The position numbers and the translations under genes are program-made. Below are positions 43,270-55,333 of a stretch of DNA of 61,096 bases, one piece after another; position 1 is the first letter of the stretch, and every line of letters begins with the position of its first letter. The DNA is from Catajapyx aquilonaris (lineage: Eukaryota): the NCBI GenBank assembly GCA_000934665.2, contig JYFJ02002317.1:1-61096 (forward strand), read 5' to 3'. A model generated the notes under the pieces. It did not search any database, was not told where the DNA came from, and was given only the letters and a program-made list of their open reading frames with translations.

Positions 43270-45377
43270 CTGTCAAAAAAAAGAGGTGGCAGTGGCACCA
43301 CCATCGTACAGGACATGTGGACAGCAATTTCATATAAAGGATAGGTACTTTTGAGAGCATGGCTTCCGTCTTGCTGAGGATGGTCTCGTAGCTCTCCCTG
43401 TGGGTGAAGACCTTCCTGGACTGGATCTTCCTGAAGAAGGTCCTCTCCAAGAGGGACCTGGCCACCTGCCGACCCAGGCTGCTGGCGATGTCGCTGTGGG
43501 CCTGGGAGTCCACCTCCACCTCCTGGAGGAGGGTCTCCCACACTTGGAACAGGGAACTCGGGCAGGGAAGCCTGCGAAATAATAAAGCACAACTGACAAA
43601 CATTGTCAGGAGGGAACGATGATAATTTATTACGATACAGGGAAAAGGATGCTCTTGCAACAAGGAACGCTATTTCATGGCAACAATGGCAAATACACAC
43701 AGCAGGTTCAATATTGAAGGGATCTCCATTTTGTAGCTATATACTCTCGAGCATGAATATAAGGATCGGGCATTGTGGCAAATTCACTACTGCTGATAAT
43801 AACCCGTGATTTGCACGAGAGACCCACCTTCTAAATGCACGATATTCACTTATAGGTATAACAGCCTTGCAGTGATTTGCTCGGCTGGAAGACAATCACT
43901 CGAAAATCCAGTGCCCCAAGGCATGTTCAAATATCGGTGGGATCAATAAATTTCGGGTGCCAACATGAACACTGCGTATTATTAAGAGAGAGGAATCATT
44001 TATTGTTACTGCGACAGACATACGCAAGCAATGAGTTTTCTGGAGTTGTCAAGAAGGGTCCATTATTATTTTTAAAAAAATCCTCGATAAAACTGGCAAA
44101 TAACGTGGTCATCCTCCGGGAAATGAAAATCCCCATTTCTTTCGCCGCCTTCCAGCATTGGCACTAACCACGAAAGGGTCAAAGTTCACTGTCGTAACGA
44201 CGCGACTCATCGCGCTGCATAATTTCAGCAGTGCGTGATAGAAGCCCATGCACACACAAGTGGTGCAATTACGTAGCAGCAACATCAGGCATCGTAATGG
44301 GATTGGCATTCAGTTGAAGTAACAAGCCTAATCACCGCAAACAACAAACGAGGAGGGTGCATGGTGCTGGGTGGGGGGACGGGGCGGGTGGGGTTCGCAG
44401 AAATGGAGCAATTATTTCCCAGAGAGTGGCTCTTCTAGAGTTCAACTTTCCCATTAGAGACGGGGACTTTGTAAAGTCGAAACAAATCTCACAGTGGCTT
44501 TTGCTTCCTCCGAGCACTGGGACGGGAAACTACCAAAGGAATAATAAGTAAACACGGCAGAGGTTTGCATTATGGATCCCCCGCGGCTTCATTTTCAGCG
44601 ATTCACCTGCAGCTTTTTTAACACTGAAGGATAGAAATGCTTCCAACCGCACTTTTTAGTAAAAATAAAACTGCCAGTATATACTTTTGTCGCGTAGAAT
44701 TTTAAAGGTCAATGTCTAATTGGCTGCGGCGCAGTTTCTTTGGGTATTTCCAGACAACCTTTTGATTCCGTCTCTGTGCCGCAATCATCAAAGCAGGTTT
44801 TGTAAAACCCATTTCTGGGAAAAACATGGGCGTAAAGTCCGTCTACCCTATTCGGATGAATAAAAAAGGGTGGGCGGTTATATCGATCAAAAGCGTGCAG
44901 TTACCTTCCCCCATCCCCCATCCCCAACCACCCTCAACCACCGCTTCCATTTTTATTGAGCATGTTTGCCACCTGCGATGTCAAAGTGTCAGGCCCTGGC
45001 ATTTCCCATTGAAGTACACACGCCTCCAGGGGCCTTTCCTTTCGGAATATCCCGGCTGAGACAGGTGTGTCGCAAGAGCCGCCCTGATCGCGTACAAGCA
45101 CTGACACCACCATCATTCAAGTGGTGCGCGTAATTAGAGTTCGGGGCATCACCGAAAGAATTAAAGCGCATCCGTCGTCGCTCTCACACAAGTATAGAAG
45201 AGGATATAGAAGGCCTGTTCTCCCATCATTGATCGCCAAAGCCCCTCTTTTGTGCAGGCCTCTTCAGCAGTGGTAGGATTCAGTGCACGTGCACGTCTAT
45301 ACGTCAGGCTATTAGTGGTCATATGACACGAGTGGTGGTCGCTGGGAGGGAAGGGACTAGGGAAGGGAAGGGAGGCG

Positions 45378-45410
<33 letters not shown>

Positions 45411-48400
45411 CTTCCATGATGATGGTCGGAAATGGGGCATGAACAGCACCAGCAGCAGGAACGGGACACTTGATCACGAACCGAGCGCTGGAGGAGATAG
45501 ATGGGACTATGCATCGTGGAGCATTATAGGGAATGAGCGACAGACCTGGACCAAGTGAGGCGAGAGAGAGGATCGAGCTATCAATCAATCATCTCCAGTT
45601 CAAACCTTCCTTTCCCATCAGGACAAAAGCGGAGGAACCACCGCACCGTCGCGTACTGTAAACATAATTTGGAAAATGTCAAGGTCGCAGAGAGGGACGC
45701 ATACACGCCAGGATAACTCGCGCCTTCAGTTTCAAGACGACAAGACCAACTTACTCTTCTATACGTATACATGTCTCTGTTGTACAGGAATGCAACTTGT
45801 AGCTCTGTCGGAATAGTATGACAAACTCCTCGCACACTCTGCAGTGATTTTAATGATTAGGCCAGACGTGGAACGACGCAGCAATCAACACTTTCCCAAG
45901 GTAAACGTTCCTAGTGACGACTAGAGTGCTTTCAATGTATTAACCGTACCAAGGTTCCTTATATATATATATATATATATATATCTGCATGCGACTCTCC
46001 AGATATGGCAGAAAATAACGAATATGTCGGAAATGGATTTGGAGTGAGAGGTAGGCGTATGTGGACTGAACTAGGAGGAGGAGGAGGATGAGGAGGAGGA
46101 TATGGGGCACTCTGTACATACATTGTGTGTGTACCTGCGCCAGCGTGGGTGTTTGCTTTGGAATCGCCGGAAGATCCTCCTCAAACATCCTCCCCCCCAC
46201 GGTGTAGATGGCGATGATCCCTCCCCTGTGCAAATGTCGGGACTGGCGGAATGCAAACTTGTTCCGGTCAAACAAGTAAGGCCGACCGACCGTGAAAAGG
46301 CGTCTCGACGCCCGTCGCCTCCCTCCCTCCCTCCCTCTCAGATGCTGCTGCTGGATGCATGGATTTATTCAGGATCCCCTCTCTCCCTTTCCCCATGATA
46401 TATCTGGGTCGCTTCAGCACGTCAGGCGAAAGGAAGGAGGAAGACGTATTACGATGGCGAGATTTGGAGTAGGGCAGCGTGGCATCAGCATGGCACACAA
46501 GAAAAGTTTGTTTGGAGAGCAATTTGTTTCTGGCGGAGGGAGGGTTGACTGACTGGAACGGACCATCCTGAGGCCGGAGACGGATTCGGGCCCTTAGATC
46601 TCCCCCCTGCTGGGCCAACCCACCTACTAGCATCTCTTGTCGTCCTATAACCACTCCATACAGGATTGATCTGCGCGCACACATTCTTCCAATGCCAAGG
46701 GAGCCACTTTAATTTTTAAAACTCATCACGCGATGCTTCTGTGCGTATTCAGTCAAACCAGAGAATTGAAGATTATATTATCCAAGTGAGGCAGGTGTGT
46801 GGGGAACCCTCCTCCTGTACCTGCCAAAGATTGGTTCACTCTTTCTCTGTCACTCACTGTCACTTGCTGGAGAGCAGCGTCCGTCGCACCCAATCAGTGA
46901 CTCGAATTCACTTTCCCTGATCCTTTCCCCTTCCATTCATTTCTCCTTCTCGGGTGCAATCACCTCTCTCCTCCTCCTCCTCCTCCTCCTCCTCCTCCTC
47001 CTGATTCTGGGGGTTCTAGAGCCCCCCTTCATTCCCTCTATAGCTCTCTCTGGCTTTGCCTTCCTCATCAACCAACTCTTCTCCCCTCCCTCCCTCCCTC
47101 TACCCACTCCCTCCAGGGCTTCCCCCCTCCCCCCACTCCACTCCCTCGTTCGGTGGGATTGACCAATTAACGCCTTCCGGGATTCTAATTGCAGGTCGTC
47201 AAGAGCGGAACGAACACGTTCAGACCATTTATCAAGATCCTCTTCCAACACCAACACCACCGCCGACTTCTCTACCCTCCCTCCCCTCCCCATTTCATTG
47301 CTAGGTCTACTACTGCTACTATAGATTGCACTATAGATAAACGTAACTGCGCCCGTTCCGCCTCCTTCTCCACAAGATTCATTGCCCCCATCCTCTTGAC
47401 CAAAAGTTGGCGCCATGCAGGAATTATTGCCCAGCCATTTCTCGCCCCTTGACATCTTCAGCCAGGGTATATAATCCCGCCTTACACATTTGCCAATCAG
47501 CCTGAGTCCGACAGGAAGTGACGCAGTTCTTTCCCACGACGAGTGACTGGCGAATCTCTCTGCAGATTCTCTCCATCTTTTTTCCCTCCTCCTCCTCCTC
47601 CTCCTCCTCCTCCTCCTCCTCCTCCCTCCTCCCTCCTTTGGTGTCCCTGGAGCCTCCAGCCAGCCAAGCGCCTTAATGCAGTGTCTGGACCTCCCTCCCA
47701 ACAATCATTCCCTGATTTGGTCTGGGGCTAGGGGGGAAGGCTGCTGGGTCTGGCTTGTGTGTGAAGTAAGTATAAGAGAGGCGATTGTTTGCTTGCCTTT
47801 TCCGCCTTCCCAATTTCCTTCTACCTCCTCCTGGATGCTGCAGCCTTATTCCCTCCTCCTCCTCCCCCCAGCAAGATGACTATTCCCTGCAGACCCCCTT
47901 CCTCCTCTCCTTCTTCATCTCCCTGCAGACTGTTTCCCAGCTCTTGCAGGAACCGCTAGTTTGGAAGGGGAAGGAGGGAAAGAAGGGGGAAAAAAAAGCC
48001 TATTCCCTATACTCCCAAGGAAGAAGGAATAAGGAGCGTAATTCCCATCGCCACACAGGCAACTGAGGGAGAGGCAAGAAAAGAAGCAGCATTCCAGGTC
48101 GCAATCATTCCTGATTCACTTTGCCCACACCAAGCACCGCTCAATAAGTCATGACTCACTTGCAGGAGCAATCATGGCCCGATACAATCTTTGCCAGAAT
48201 CACGTCGTCTGTCTTGTGCAAACACACCGCACGTATAAGGACGCGACACATCTGGCGTCTAACTCGCATTCCTTTGGTCAACATCATTTTGCACTTACAC
48301 TGATGTACGCTTCAGAGGATTATTATTACTGAAGCAACAACTCAATCCAAGGGGGACTCTATAATATTATAAAGTGCATTTCCGCCTCCAATGGCATTGC

Positions 48401-48605
48401 CCTAATTAATGCAACACTTACTAATATGCCGTAGCACAGAAATTTTTGCCACATGTGATAATCTTGCCGTGCCATTCTCAGGACCTAACAAATTCAGGTT
48501 GTATCGAATAAAATTCAGGTTTTCACAAGGTGCGAAGCCCTTCAAATCAATGACGGCAATAAAGGCACCCTTGCTGATTATTTACTTCCAAGTTATTGAA
48601 AGTAC

Positions 48606-48668
<63 letters not shown>

Positions 48669-50243
48669 TTAATAATAATAATAATAATAATAAGTTCGTG
48701 TTGGATGCTGGGCTGTCATTACAATTAGCAGTTGAGGCGGTTCATTTGCAATTACATGTGGGATTTGAGACTGTAAAACACGACCTGGAACACGTTTAGT
48801 ACAGTGTAGCTGTGTGTAGCGTGTCGCAGTAATTGGAATCTCTTTTTTTAATCGGCAATAAATTAACGAGTGGCTTGGTTGTGCTCATTTGAAGCCGAGT
48901 GGTGACTGGTCGGCCGGTGCTCCCCGATAAATTGTGACAATCCATTTGCCGGACCGCAGCTGGACACACAACGAGCGGAGGGCCGCATGCAGGGGAGCCA
49001 GCATCATCATCAGGCTGGGGGTGAGTGCATGTTGTGCTGCACGCTGTTGCTGGACATTCACACGAGGACGCTGTGTTTCCAACCCTGCCCCACAATATGA
49101 TGCAGGGCCACGTGTCGGGATTTACAGGGATTTCATTGCCGCCTTTAAGTGCGCAATCCGCACACCCTATAGCTTTCATATCACGCACTGATGTGAGAGA
49201 GAAGACAATGCGAAACACTTCTCGCCAGCCATTAATTGCTGTTATCGGGACAGCCGTGTCGCAATTATTATTATCTCTGCCTTTGGATAGTCAGGAGACT
49301 GCAGACAGAGGTGTATTGATTGCGGTCAACTCATTCCGGCTGAGGAGGACTCTCCTCCTCCTCCTCCTCCTCCATGTCTTCCTCCTCCATTAATACAAGA
49401 GGAAGAAGAAAAAGAAGAAGAAACGAGGAGTGTATAGGAGCGGGGCCTGGCGATCTAATCACTCAGTGGAGAAGCCAAGGAGTGGCGCCAAGACCCGTGG
49501 CGAGGGAACTCCTCTCAGCAGACCAAGAAGGCATGGTCTGTTTTTGTGGGGGCCGTCAGTGCAGCAGTGGGTTTGGGGAGAGCCAGTCAACTGCCCCTGA
49601 TGGGCTTCTGCCGGGGGTTGGGTTTTGCGGGTGTGGAGAGAGGGTAATGTGTATAAAGGAGGAATCTCCAGGCCATTTCCCAGGAAAGGGGGCTTTGTGA
49701 GTGGAGAGGGGAGGGAGGGGAGGGGGGAGGTAATTTGGCTTGGATAAGTCGAGCGAGTGGCGAATCTCTAGAAAGAATCTGCCCAAGATTGCGGGCGTCA
49801 CATCCACGTCAAAATGGATGGCATCCCTGCTCCCTTTTCACCCTGATGAGGAAGTAGACCAGGGGATAAAAAAGAATGTGGGAGGGATGGATGGAGGGAA
49901 GGGTGGGGGGGGGGGGAGAAAAGAAGATCCAGCCTCATTTCTCTTCCTCCCATTATATAACCCCACCCCCTCCCTTCCCCCAGCGACGGCGACGCTGCGG
50001 CGTGATTGGCACCACCAACAATGCCAGTCGCATTTAACGTCAAAACCCTCTCTCCCAGCAGAAGAAAAGATCCCTTCTCACACTCTAATTTTCTCCTCTT
50101 CTTCCGGAGAGAGCATCACATGCTGCAATCTCACCTTTCCTTCCTGAGCTCTGCGTTCCTCTTCCTAAAGTTCTCGACCAGGACTTGGAGGTCTTCGGCA
50201 TGCTGCTCGTGGATCTGGGACAGCTGCTGGGTGAAGTCCGACA
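10656..50243 (-). CDS. Stacl: Stac-like adaptor (BAR/F-BAR-like region + coiled coil + C1 + tandem SH3), 16 core coding exons, 5'-incomplete, >=914 aa
   Basis: Phase-consistent GT-AG chain of 16 exons totalling 2744 nt. Canonical C1 motif HX12CX2CX13CX2CX4HX2CX7C followed by one SH3 and a second atypical SH3 at the C-terminus is the STAC architecture. The N-terminal helical region resembles the BAR-type region described for Drosophila Stacl/Dstac (CG43729). Confidence 0.85.
10834..11023 (-). CDS. Stacl: Stac-like exon, SH3 #1 core and start of SH3 #2 (AGYKVTVIDTSDPDWWQG...GYFPSKYV...LKLLRDQ)
   Basis: Acceptor ttttgtgcag|, donor CAG|GTAACG; DWWxG and GxFPxxYV motifs. Confidence 0.94.
11091..11170 (-). 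CDS. Stacl: Stac-like exon, start of SH3 #1 (PHRLLPTNLYVVLYNFKSRQPDELDL)
   Basis: Acceptor ccttttgcag|, donor AA|GTAAGC; ALYxF/DEL-type SH3 motif. Confidence 0.92.
11253..11392 (-). CDS. Stacl: Stac-like exon (PSSPVHNRRLLSARGMRMSSVELPDDNDKSLSSASASPCPSPVGPG)
   Basis: Acceptor ctccgtttag|, donor GGG|GTCAGT; an in-phase alternative donor CCG|GTCGGA lies 12 nt upstream. Confidence 0.85.
12118..12258 (-). CDS. Stacl: Stac-like exon (PHSPRRQKLNLRMKSFSLDSPESTEHAQRRRK...SHSQ)
   Basis: Acceptor ttgttcgcag|, donor T|GTAATT, phase 1->1. Confidence 0.85.
12721..12846 (-). CDS. Candidate Stac-like cassette exon (EVHRRISLPGGARHSLL...ERDMTDCNTP)
   Basis: gtatacag| ... CCG|GTGGTG; 126 nt, phase 1->1, no stop. 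Confidence 0.35.
13903..14007 (-). CDS. Candidate Stac-like cassette exon (NGPYRLLQVSDRRSLATMSNGLALPRNHFSAPQT)
   Basis: gagacag| ... CTG|GTGGGC; 105 nt, phase 1->1, no stop. Confidence 0.5.
14963..15298 (-). CDS. Candidate Stac-like cassette exon (AETSRLRRLFGKRKSISADDAIP...EEDEGVGEEEALEEE...AGGG)
   Basis: GC-rich 336-nt stop-free frame, phase 1->1; splice sites are weak (atatgag|, GAG|GTGCCT), so boundaries are uncertain. Confidence 0.55.
16156..16668 (-). CDS. Stacl: Stac-like large low-complexity exon (AEEMDLIYQVLKQAGEI...RE-rich...APISSS)
   Basis: TACTAAC branch point upstream of acceptor gctcag|; donor CAG|GTGTGT; 513 nt, phase 1->1; GC-rich open frame. Confidence 0.78.
17609..17637. 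promoter_or_regulatory. Palindrome carrying two perfect CRE octamers, next to a GC box
   Basis: TTGACGTCACGG-TGCAT-CCGTGACGTCAA, with CCCCGCCCC at ~17593-17601. Confidence 0.45.
21123..21284 (-). CDS. Stacl: Stac-like exon, second half of C1 domain (HTRQGLKCRLCKMNVHAECQEKVGARC...RRQKSTSEIE)
   Basis: Acceptor gcctgcag|, donor A|GTGAGT; completes the C1 consensus. Confidence 0.92.
22526..22647 (-). CDS. Stacl: Stac-like exon, first half of C1 domain (HLFQEYTYKKITPCDVCSQILR)
   Basis: Acceptor acgtttccag|, donor AG|GTAATT; H...CxxC. Confidence 0.92.
24748..24788 (-). CDS. Candidate alternative start for a short Stac isoform (MPRSTCRKDIAKS)
   Basis: ATG to donor CAG|GTGAAA; phase 2 matches the C1 exon starting at 22647. 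Confidence 0.3.
27200..27402 (-). CDS. Stacl: Stac-like exon (RELFASKFEG...RERKMSASSTGSMKSKWLKAFKSLK...NPTD)
   Basis: Acceptor tgtttccatag|, donor AA|GTCAGT, phase 0->2. Confidence 0.85.
31139..31171 (-). CDS. Candidate alternative start for a short Stac isoform (MGWIRLQRHLL)
   Basis: ATG plus 11 codons ending at donor CTG|GTAAGG; phase 0 matches the exon starting at 27402. Confidence 0.45.
34750..34802. repeat. (GGT)n microsatellite
   Basis: Directly visible. Confidence 0.95.
35370..35552. mobile_element. Foldback/hairpin MITE-like element with ~87-bp near-perfect arms
   Basis: acagcgcaacaaaa...ctttcggcgtgttactcggaaaccactatgcacatcatgttagtaggacccaaagtagctg and its reverse complement around a ~9-nt loop; TA at or near both ends. 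Confidence 0.7.
35754..35865 (-). CDS. Stacl: Stac-like exon (SLESNLFNKANELQEDISLKRFDLRVAQIHLSAVRAQ)
   Basis: Acceptor ctctgttggcag|, donor CAG|GTAGGC, phase 2->0. Confidence 0.87.
36039..36205 (-). CDS. Stacl: Stac-like exon (DPGLVPVLKDEIL...RYEALRKEAADLEAQIRNLQDALDTLVRMQQ), coiled coil
   Basis: Acceptor gtgtgacag|, donor AG|GTCAGT; heptad pattern. Confidence 0.85.
36417..36650 (-). CDS. Stacl: Stac-like exon (AQEQSRRYESL...DLQQFVK..., proline-rich linker)
   Basis: Acceptor catgtgcag|, donor CCG|GTACGT; GC-rich coding island. Confidence 0.85.
42813..42893 (-). CDS. Stacl: Stac-like exon (ELEDVYVDLCNTVADSVLQGAEIVTNR)
   Basis: Acceptor tcgttgcag|, donor AGG|GTGAGT, phase 0->0. Confidence 0.88.
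42986..43150 (-). CDS. Stacl: Stac-like exon (CRHDYVDAY...YFDAHNAYVQQLHAANGMLAEYHGDTLPQMLQ)
   Basis: Acceptor tccctgaacag|, donor CAG|GTACGT; 'A.N.Y...L..AN.....Y....LP..L' is an F-BAR helix signature. Confidence 0.88.
43349..43571 (-). CDS. Stacl: Stac-like exon (LPCPSSLFQVWETLLQEVEVDSQAHSDIA...EAMLSK)
   Basis: Acceptor atttcgcag|, donor AAA|GTACCT; 'SL..W..LL.E....AH' is F-BAR-like. Confidence 0.88.
47585..47622. repeat. (CCT)n microsatellite
   Basis: Directly visible. Confidence 0.9.
48607..48693. repeat. (AAT)n microsatellite
   Basis: Directly visible, one interruption. Confidence 0.95.
50135..50243 (-). CDS. Stacl: Stac-like exon (SDFTQQLSQIHEQHAEDLQVLVENFRKRNAELRKE), start of BAR-like region
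   Basis: Acceptor ttctgtttccag|, donor AG|GTGAGA; amphipathic helical sequence; phase 1->2 matches next exon. Confidence 0.85.
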
Positions 50244-52043
50244 CTGGAAACAGAACAAGAGGAGAGATGTCATGGGCCATCAGGTCAGAAAGCGAGAGTG
50301 CGTGTTGTATACAGAGCTTTGGCTCGACTCCAGATTGAAGCCGAATAATGCAACAGGTTGGACCGCATGCAGATGATGATGCTGCTGGTGGTGTGTATAC
50401 ATGGAGTGGTGGGTATATATGATGCTGGCTGGAGGAGGCGGCAGAGTGCACGCGAATCAAGGTGCTTAAGCCTCGGATGGGTGGAAGTGGAGAGGGCCGT
50501 AAAAAATGGAGGATAAGACCAACTTGGGGGCGGAAAGTGAGTACAAGGCATAATCTAGACGGAGTGAGATGGGGGGTGGGGGGGAAGGAGGAGGAGGAGG
50601 AGGAGGAGGAGGGATGCTTTCGCAGCCTTTATTGCCTCCCACTCCTGAGAGACTCAAAGTTATACAGTCTCTCGTCTAAAGCCGAGGGGCAGACAAGAGC
50701 CAGGCCCATCAAGGCATCGCGTAACGACACCGACAGGATTCATAGACACTACTTGCCAGATATAGAGTATATGCACACGCTCACTCCCTCTTTTCCTGAT
50801 GCTTCCCAACAGGGTTCGCAGCAGGAACATCTACCGAGCACATAATAAAGCATGAGTTGGATATTGTCTGAATGCACGACGCAATGCATTGTTTTTCGCG
50901 GAAAGGACGTCGTGCAGAGGACCGGGCATATAGAGTCGGCTCATTCAAACAGGAGAGGCACGAGCTGTTGCTCCTCGTCGCCATTGTGTCGCGATAATCC
51001 TCAAAGTTTACAAGCTGTTCGTGTCATCTATTACCGCAAGCCTCGGGAGGCGCAGTCACACAGTTGTGTAACGCAAATCACGTCTATTATCTCACAGGGT
51101 GACCCGGATTAAAGCACCCGAATGCTGCTGGGCCTTGCCCTTTGGAGCCGGCCCCATCAGCCGCATTGCTTCAAATCCCGTTGTCGTCATACCATTGTCG
51201 CGTGTGCAGGTATAGCGAACCGAAAAGAACAAAGCCTGGTTGCTGATCCGCGCATTCATGGCAGATAAAGAAATTTGCAGCGACTGCTGCATGACGTCAA
51301 TGACAACCCCACGTAGCTGACGGAATAATTGCATATACTCTTAGTTCGTCTTGTGCGTCTAATGCTTCCTCCTGTCAAGCATGCTCTCAAGAGCTCAATT
51401 AGTTCAAGGGTGAGCGATATGGACTGCTGTATACCTATATACGCACTAAAGGTGGAAAGTGCTTCTTTATTCTTCATCCACCTTCGTCGTCGTTCGTCGT
51501 CATCATCATCATCCGAGGAGCAAATCCGATGAGCATCCGACCATCTCTCTTTGATCTATATCCGGGAGTCAACGGTGCTGAGAATGATTTTATTGGGCCG
51601 GAGGGGGTGGGAGAGGGTGGTTAGGTAAGAAGGGTCGCTAAGAAGAAGGAGGAGCAAGTCATTTCCCATTCAATTTTCTTCGGAGCCTGATCAAATTTAT
51701 GCTTCCGACTTACTCACACGCCTTATTGGACCCGAGATATAGGTCAAAGGGCATGCAGGCATGCAGCGGGCCGCACTTGACTGCACACATAGCAATAATG
51801 TCTTTTATACACAAATGGTGTATCTGTATTATATGGTGCAAAAGCAACATGTTAGAATTATGTCGACTTCATACACGAGAACGAGCCGGCGTGTGATGTG
51901 CAACAGCAGCTGGATCGCTTCGTTTCTTCGTGGTATATGAGACTGACTCGCTAATCAAATATTTAGATCTGGTTCATTTGCGGTGTCAGCGGTGCGCAAT
52001 GCTCTGGACAAACGTGTTTATTTTTCAAAGGATTCAAGAGGAA

Positions 52044-52080
<37 letters not shown>

Positions 52081-54187
52081 GCCCCCCCCCCTTCCCCATC
52101 ACAAACACGCGTGCACATACACACGCCCCCACAGCATCCGGCTGATGGATGGACCTCCAGCCCTCCGCCTGAGGGTTATTGTGACTTTTATACACTTCAT
52201 ACATGCTTCTGAGGAAATGAATAAATAAACCCCGGGCGACATATTGCGAGTCTTCTCAAAACATGTAAACGGCAGCACGGTACATCCTGTTTTCGTGATG
52301 ATGCCTATAATTATGCGGTGAGGTTATGGGCACCACAGCTATATACCAGCAGAGGTCGTGTTACTTGGTCTGTGCTGCCTGGCTACCCATCAGGTAATCA
52401 TTTGCGACAATGAAAGAGCGCATTACGCCATCTCCTGTGTGGCGGAGGCAGCCTTGCCAGACCTTAATTCCGTCGCCTCGGAGACTGTGCCTCGTACACC
52501 TAATGAGACACCGGATCAAATTCAAATTGCAGGGAAGCACTTATATTTCAGATGAAAGCGGCGAAATCGCTCGGAGGGACGCGTGTCTGCCGCAGGATAT
52601 TTTATGTAACTGTGTCGTGTGCTCGGTAATGAGGTTTTGAAGACCAAGCTACATCTTTACATTATAAAGAAATTCTTCCCTATCCAGCAAATCGCCCTGT
52701 AAATTTTGCATCAAGTACCCTTCATAAAAAGATCATTTTTTTTCAACGCCAATTCCGCAAAGCCGCCTATCATATGTCATTTAAAAAATCATGCGCGTTC
52801 TCTGTGGTTTCTAAAAGAAAGGAAGAGCGGCGTAAATCGTGACTGGACAATGGGGTGCATTATTAGAGGTGCCTGGCAATTAGCGCATTGAAAGGGGGGG
52901 CCCACTTTGATTCTCCTGCCGGTCCGGTTCTCATCAGCCCCTTCCAATTAACGGCCTCTCCTTTCCCTTTGCCCTTATGCTGATGGACTCTACGGAGAAA
53001 AGAGAAAGAGAGAGGCCTCTCTCTCTCTCTCTCCCTCGGCTCGGTTTCCGTGATGGTGACTGCCCCCACGCCACTACTGAAAAGCATGCAAACCGACCGA
53101 TTCAAAAAAAAGGGCTCGCCCGTCACTCCATCACTAGACATTGCATTAACCACGTACCGCGAATTATCATTATTAGCAGTCCATCACCGCCGTCATGTCC
53201 CTCTCTCCCAGGGCACAAAAAACCAGATTGTCATCTCCACACGTCGGGGTCACACTCCTGCAGCGCACCATTATTGTCGGAAAGGTCGTGTGATGCACAC
53301 ACCAAATGGCAAGCCAAAGACAGTGTTTGAAGGTACCCCGACTGCTGCACTTCCGATCCCTCAATAAGTCATTACACACGGTGCTGCAATCATGACCTGG
53401 AACAAACTCCAGGCTGCCAATTGTGGCCGCGGGTGTTTCCGATCCCGCCAACCCAATTAAAGCTCATTATTATCAGGCGTGGCATTGCAATGGGTAGTAA
53501 CCTGCCGTGTAATATATGCATAGGCAAAGGGACGGGGCCATAGCTCTCTGATGGGTCGATGTTGTTGTTGTTGTCATCCATTCAGCATTATCTAATCCGC
53601 TCCAGGATATGCGGCATGGCAAATCGACCTGTGCTTATTCCTTGCTGATCATTATACATGATGATGGTATGCCCTATATATGCGCCAGCTCATGCATTAA
53701 TTATTGCAGTCATTTCTGTACAAACGTCGCCTTGCACTGATCTGCGGAAACCAAAAGTGCACTAACAACTTCCTGCCGTTTTATGCAGCGTGTTGCAAAG
53801 TGGAAGCACTTCCTGTCTATTTTGGCGAATTTTTAAGACGAAAGTAGCCCGGAGAAGATTTTGAGGGGTTTTGGTTTCAGGTCCAGGAGATGATGACACG
53901 CTACATCAACGCACTTAAGCAAAAACCCTGCCTACCAAACGACCCGGGAGGTTGGGGTTAGCATAACACGAGAAGGATCATCTTTCATCAGCTCTCTTTT
54001 TAAATGCGTGAGAACTTAACACGCTGCCTTTAACGAAGCCGGAAAAGCCTCAAACAAATGGAAATATTATTTCCCTATTAGATGAGAACCCAACATTCTT
54101 TCAAAAGGAAGTTTCAGCACTCTATGCACGTAATAGTCCAGGTGGAAAATTCGAACTAATAATAAATTATTCCAGAGCACATGCTGC

Positions 54188-54271
54188 ATATCGTCGGTGA
54201 TCATGCAAAACCTCGTATTTTCCATTGGTTTTTGCAGGAGATATGAGGTTTTGCATGATCATTGACGATAT
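54188..54271. mobile_element. Small palindromic MITE-like element
   Basis: atatcgtcggtgatcatgcaaaacctcgtat ... atatgaggttttgcatgatcattgacgatat; ~31-bp inverted arms with few mismatches. Confidence 0.6.
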
Positions 54272-54929
54272 ACTGACCACCAAATAAACCAAAGTGATGT
54301 GTTTTAAAAGAGCGGGCAAACGCCCAGACATAACTTTCTGCAGGGATGAGGCAACGGCCCCTATAATCTTTGGTCAAATTCTTATATATACCTACGTGGG
54401 GGTTCCCTTCTCTGCCAACGGTAATTTTGCCATTGCTAGCAATTACTTCAAATCCAAAGCAATGGTAGCAATTAACAGCCTTTGGCCATGCAATCTCGAT
54501 GAATTTAAAGCTCCTTGATATTCAGGTTGCTCATCTGAAACTATTCCATGTTCAGGTAGTCCCTGTTCTTTTTGATGGCGCCCAGGATATCTAAAGTTAT
54601 TGTTCTCGATCAAGTGCAAAAAAAAAAATCCTCAAAAAATTTCTCCTTCTTACTCGTAATACTGCTAATGATTTTTACATATGGAAACCTGATTGCGCCC
54701 TTTATCACAGATACTTTGGCCTTCTTTGTCGTTTTATAATCAAAATAAAACACTTCCCAGAGGACAGGCTGTTGAAAATTGCTTACCTTACGGCTCTGCG
54801 TGACGCGAACTCTACCACTTCTACAAAGAATAATTGGGTTACGCAAGCACGGGCCTTGACCACTCTAATGTGACGTTGGTGACTATGAGACGCCGTATAT
54901 AGTTTGAAACATTACTGGCTGACTTCCTA

Positions 54930-55331
54930 ATGCAAGAAGCCTCCATCAGGATTTACCTTCCTCCTCCAGATATTCCTTTTTTCGGGATGTATAACTTCAT
55001 TCCCAGACCCTGCTGTACCCTATTTTTGTCCTTATTGACCCCTATTAAAATAGCCAGATTGGTGGCAAACCTGAGGCACCTATCACCCAGACTTCCTTTA
55101 ATGGGTCGCGCCATCACGCTTGACAACGAAAACGACTGCACTTGGTGTAACCTAAATGAACCCTACTCTCTCTATCACATACTTTACGACTGTCCTTATA
55201 CCCCTCGTAAAGCATTATTCTTATTTAATATGCCCAACTATCCTTCAGACATTTCACTGTGTATTTATTTCCCTCTCATCAGAAGAAGCCTTTTTACTGT
55301 GTATTTTTTTTTGAAGAAGTTGCTAAAATGA
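54930..55331 (+). mobile_element. Degenerate 3' fragment of a non-LTR retrotransposon (C-terminal CCHC motif)
   Basis: Translation contains CTWCNLNEPYSLYHILYDCP (CxxC...HILxxCP), typical of the C-terminus of LINE ORF2; ends at the N at 55333. Confidence 0.55.
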
Positions 55332-55332
55332 T

Positions 55333-55333
55333 N
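55333..55333. other. Ambiguous base (N), possible assembly join
   Basis: 'atn' followed by a poly-C run. Confidence 0.95.

Noticed and set aside
46937..47704. 255-aa minus ORF and possible alternative first exon (MERICREIRQ... ending T|GTAAGG)
   Set aside because: The ORF is driven by (GGA)n repeats, and the donor phase (1) does not match the next exon at 43571 (phase 2).
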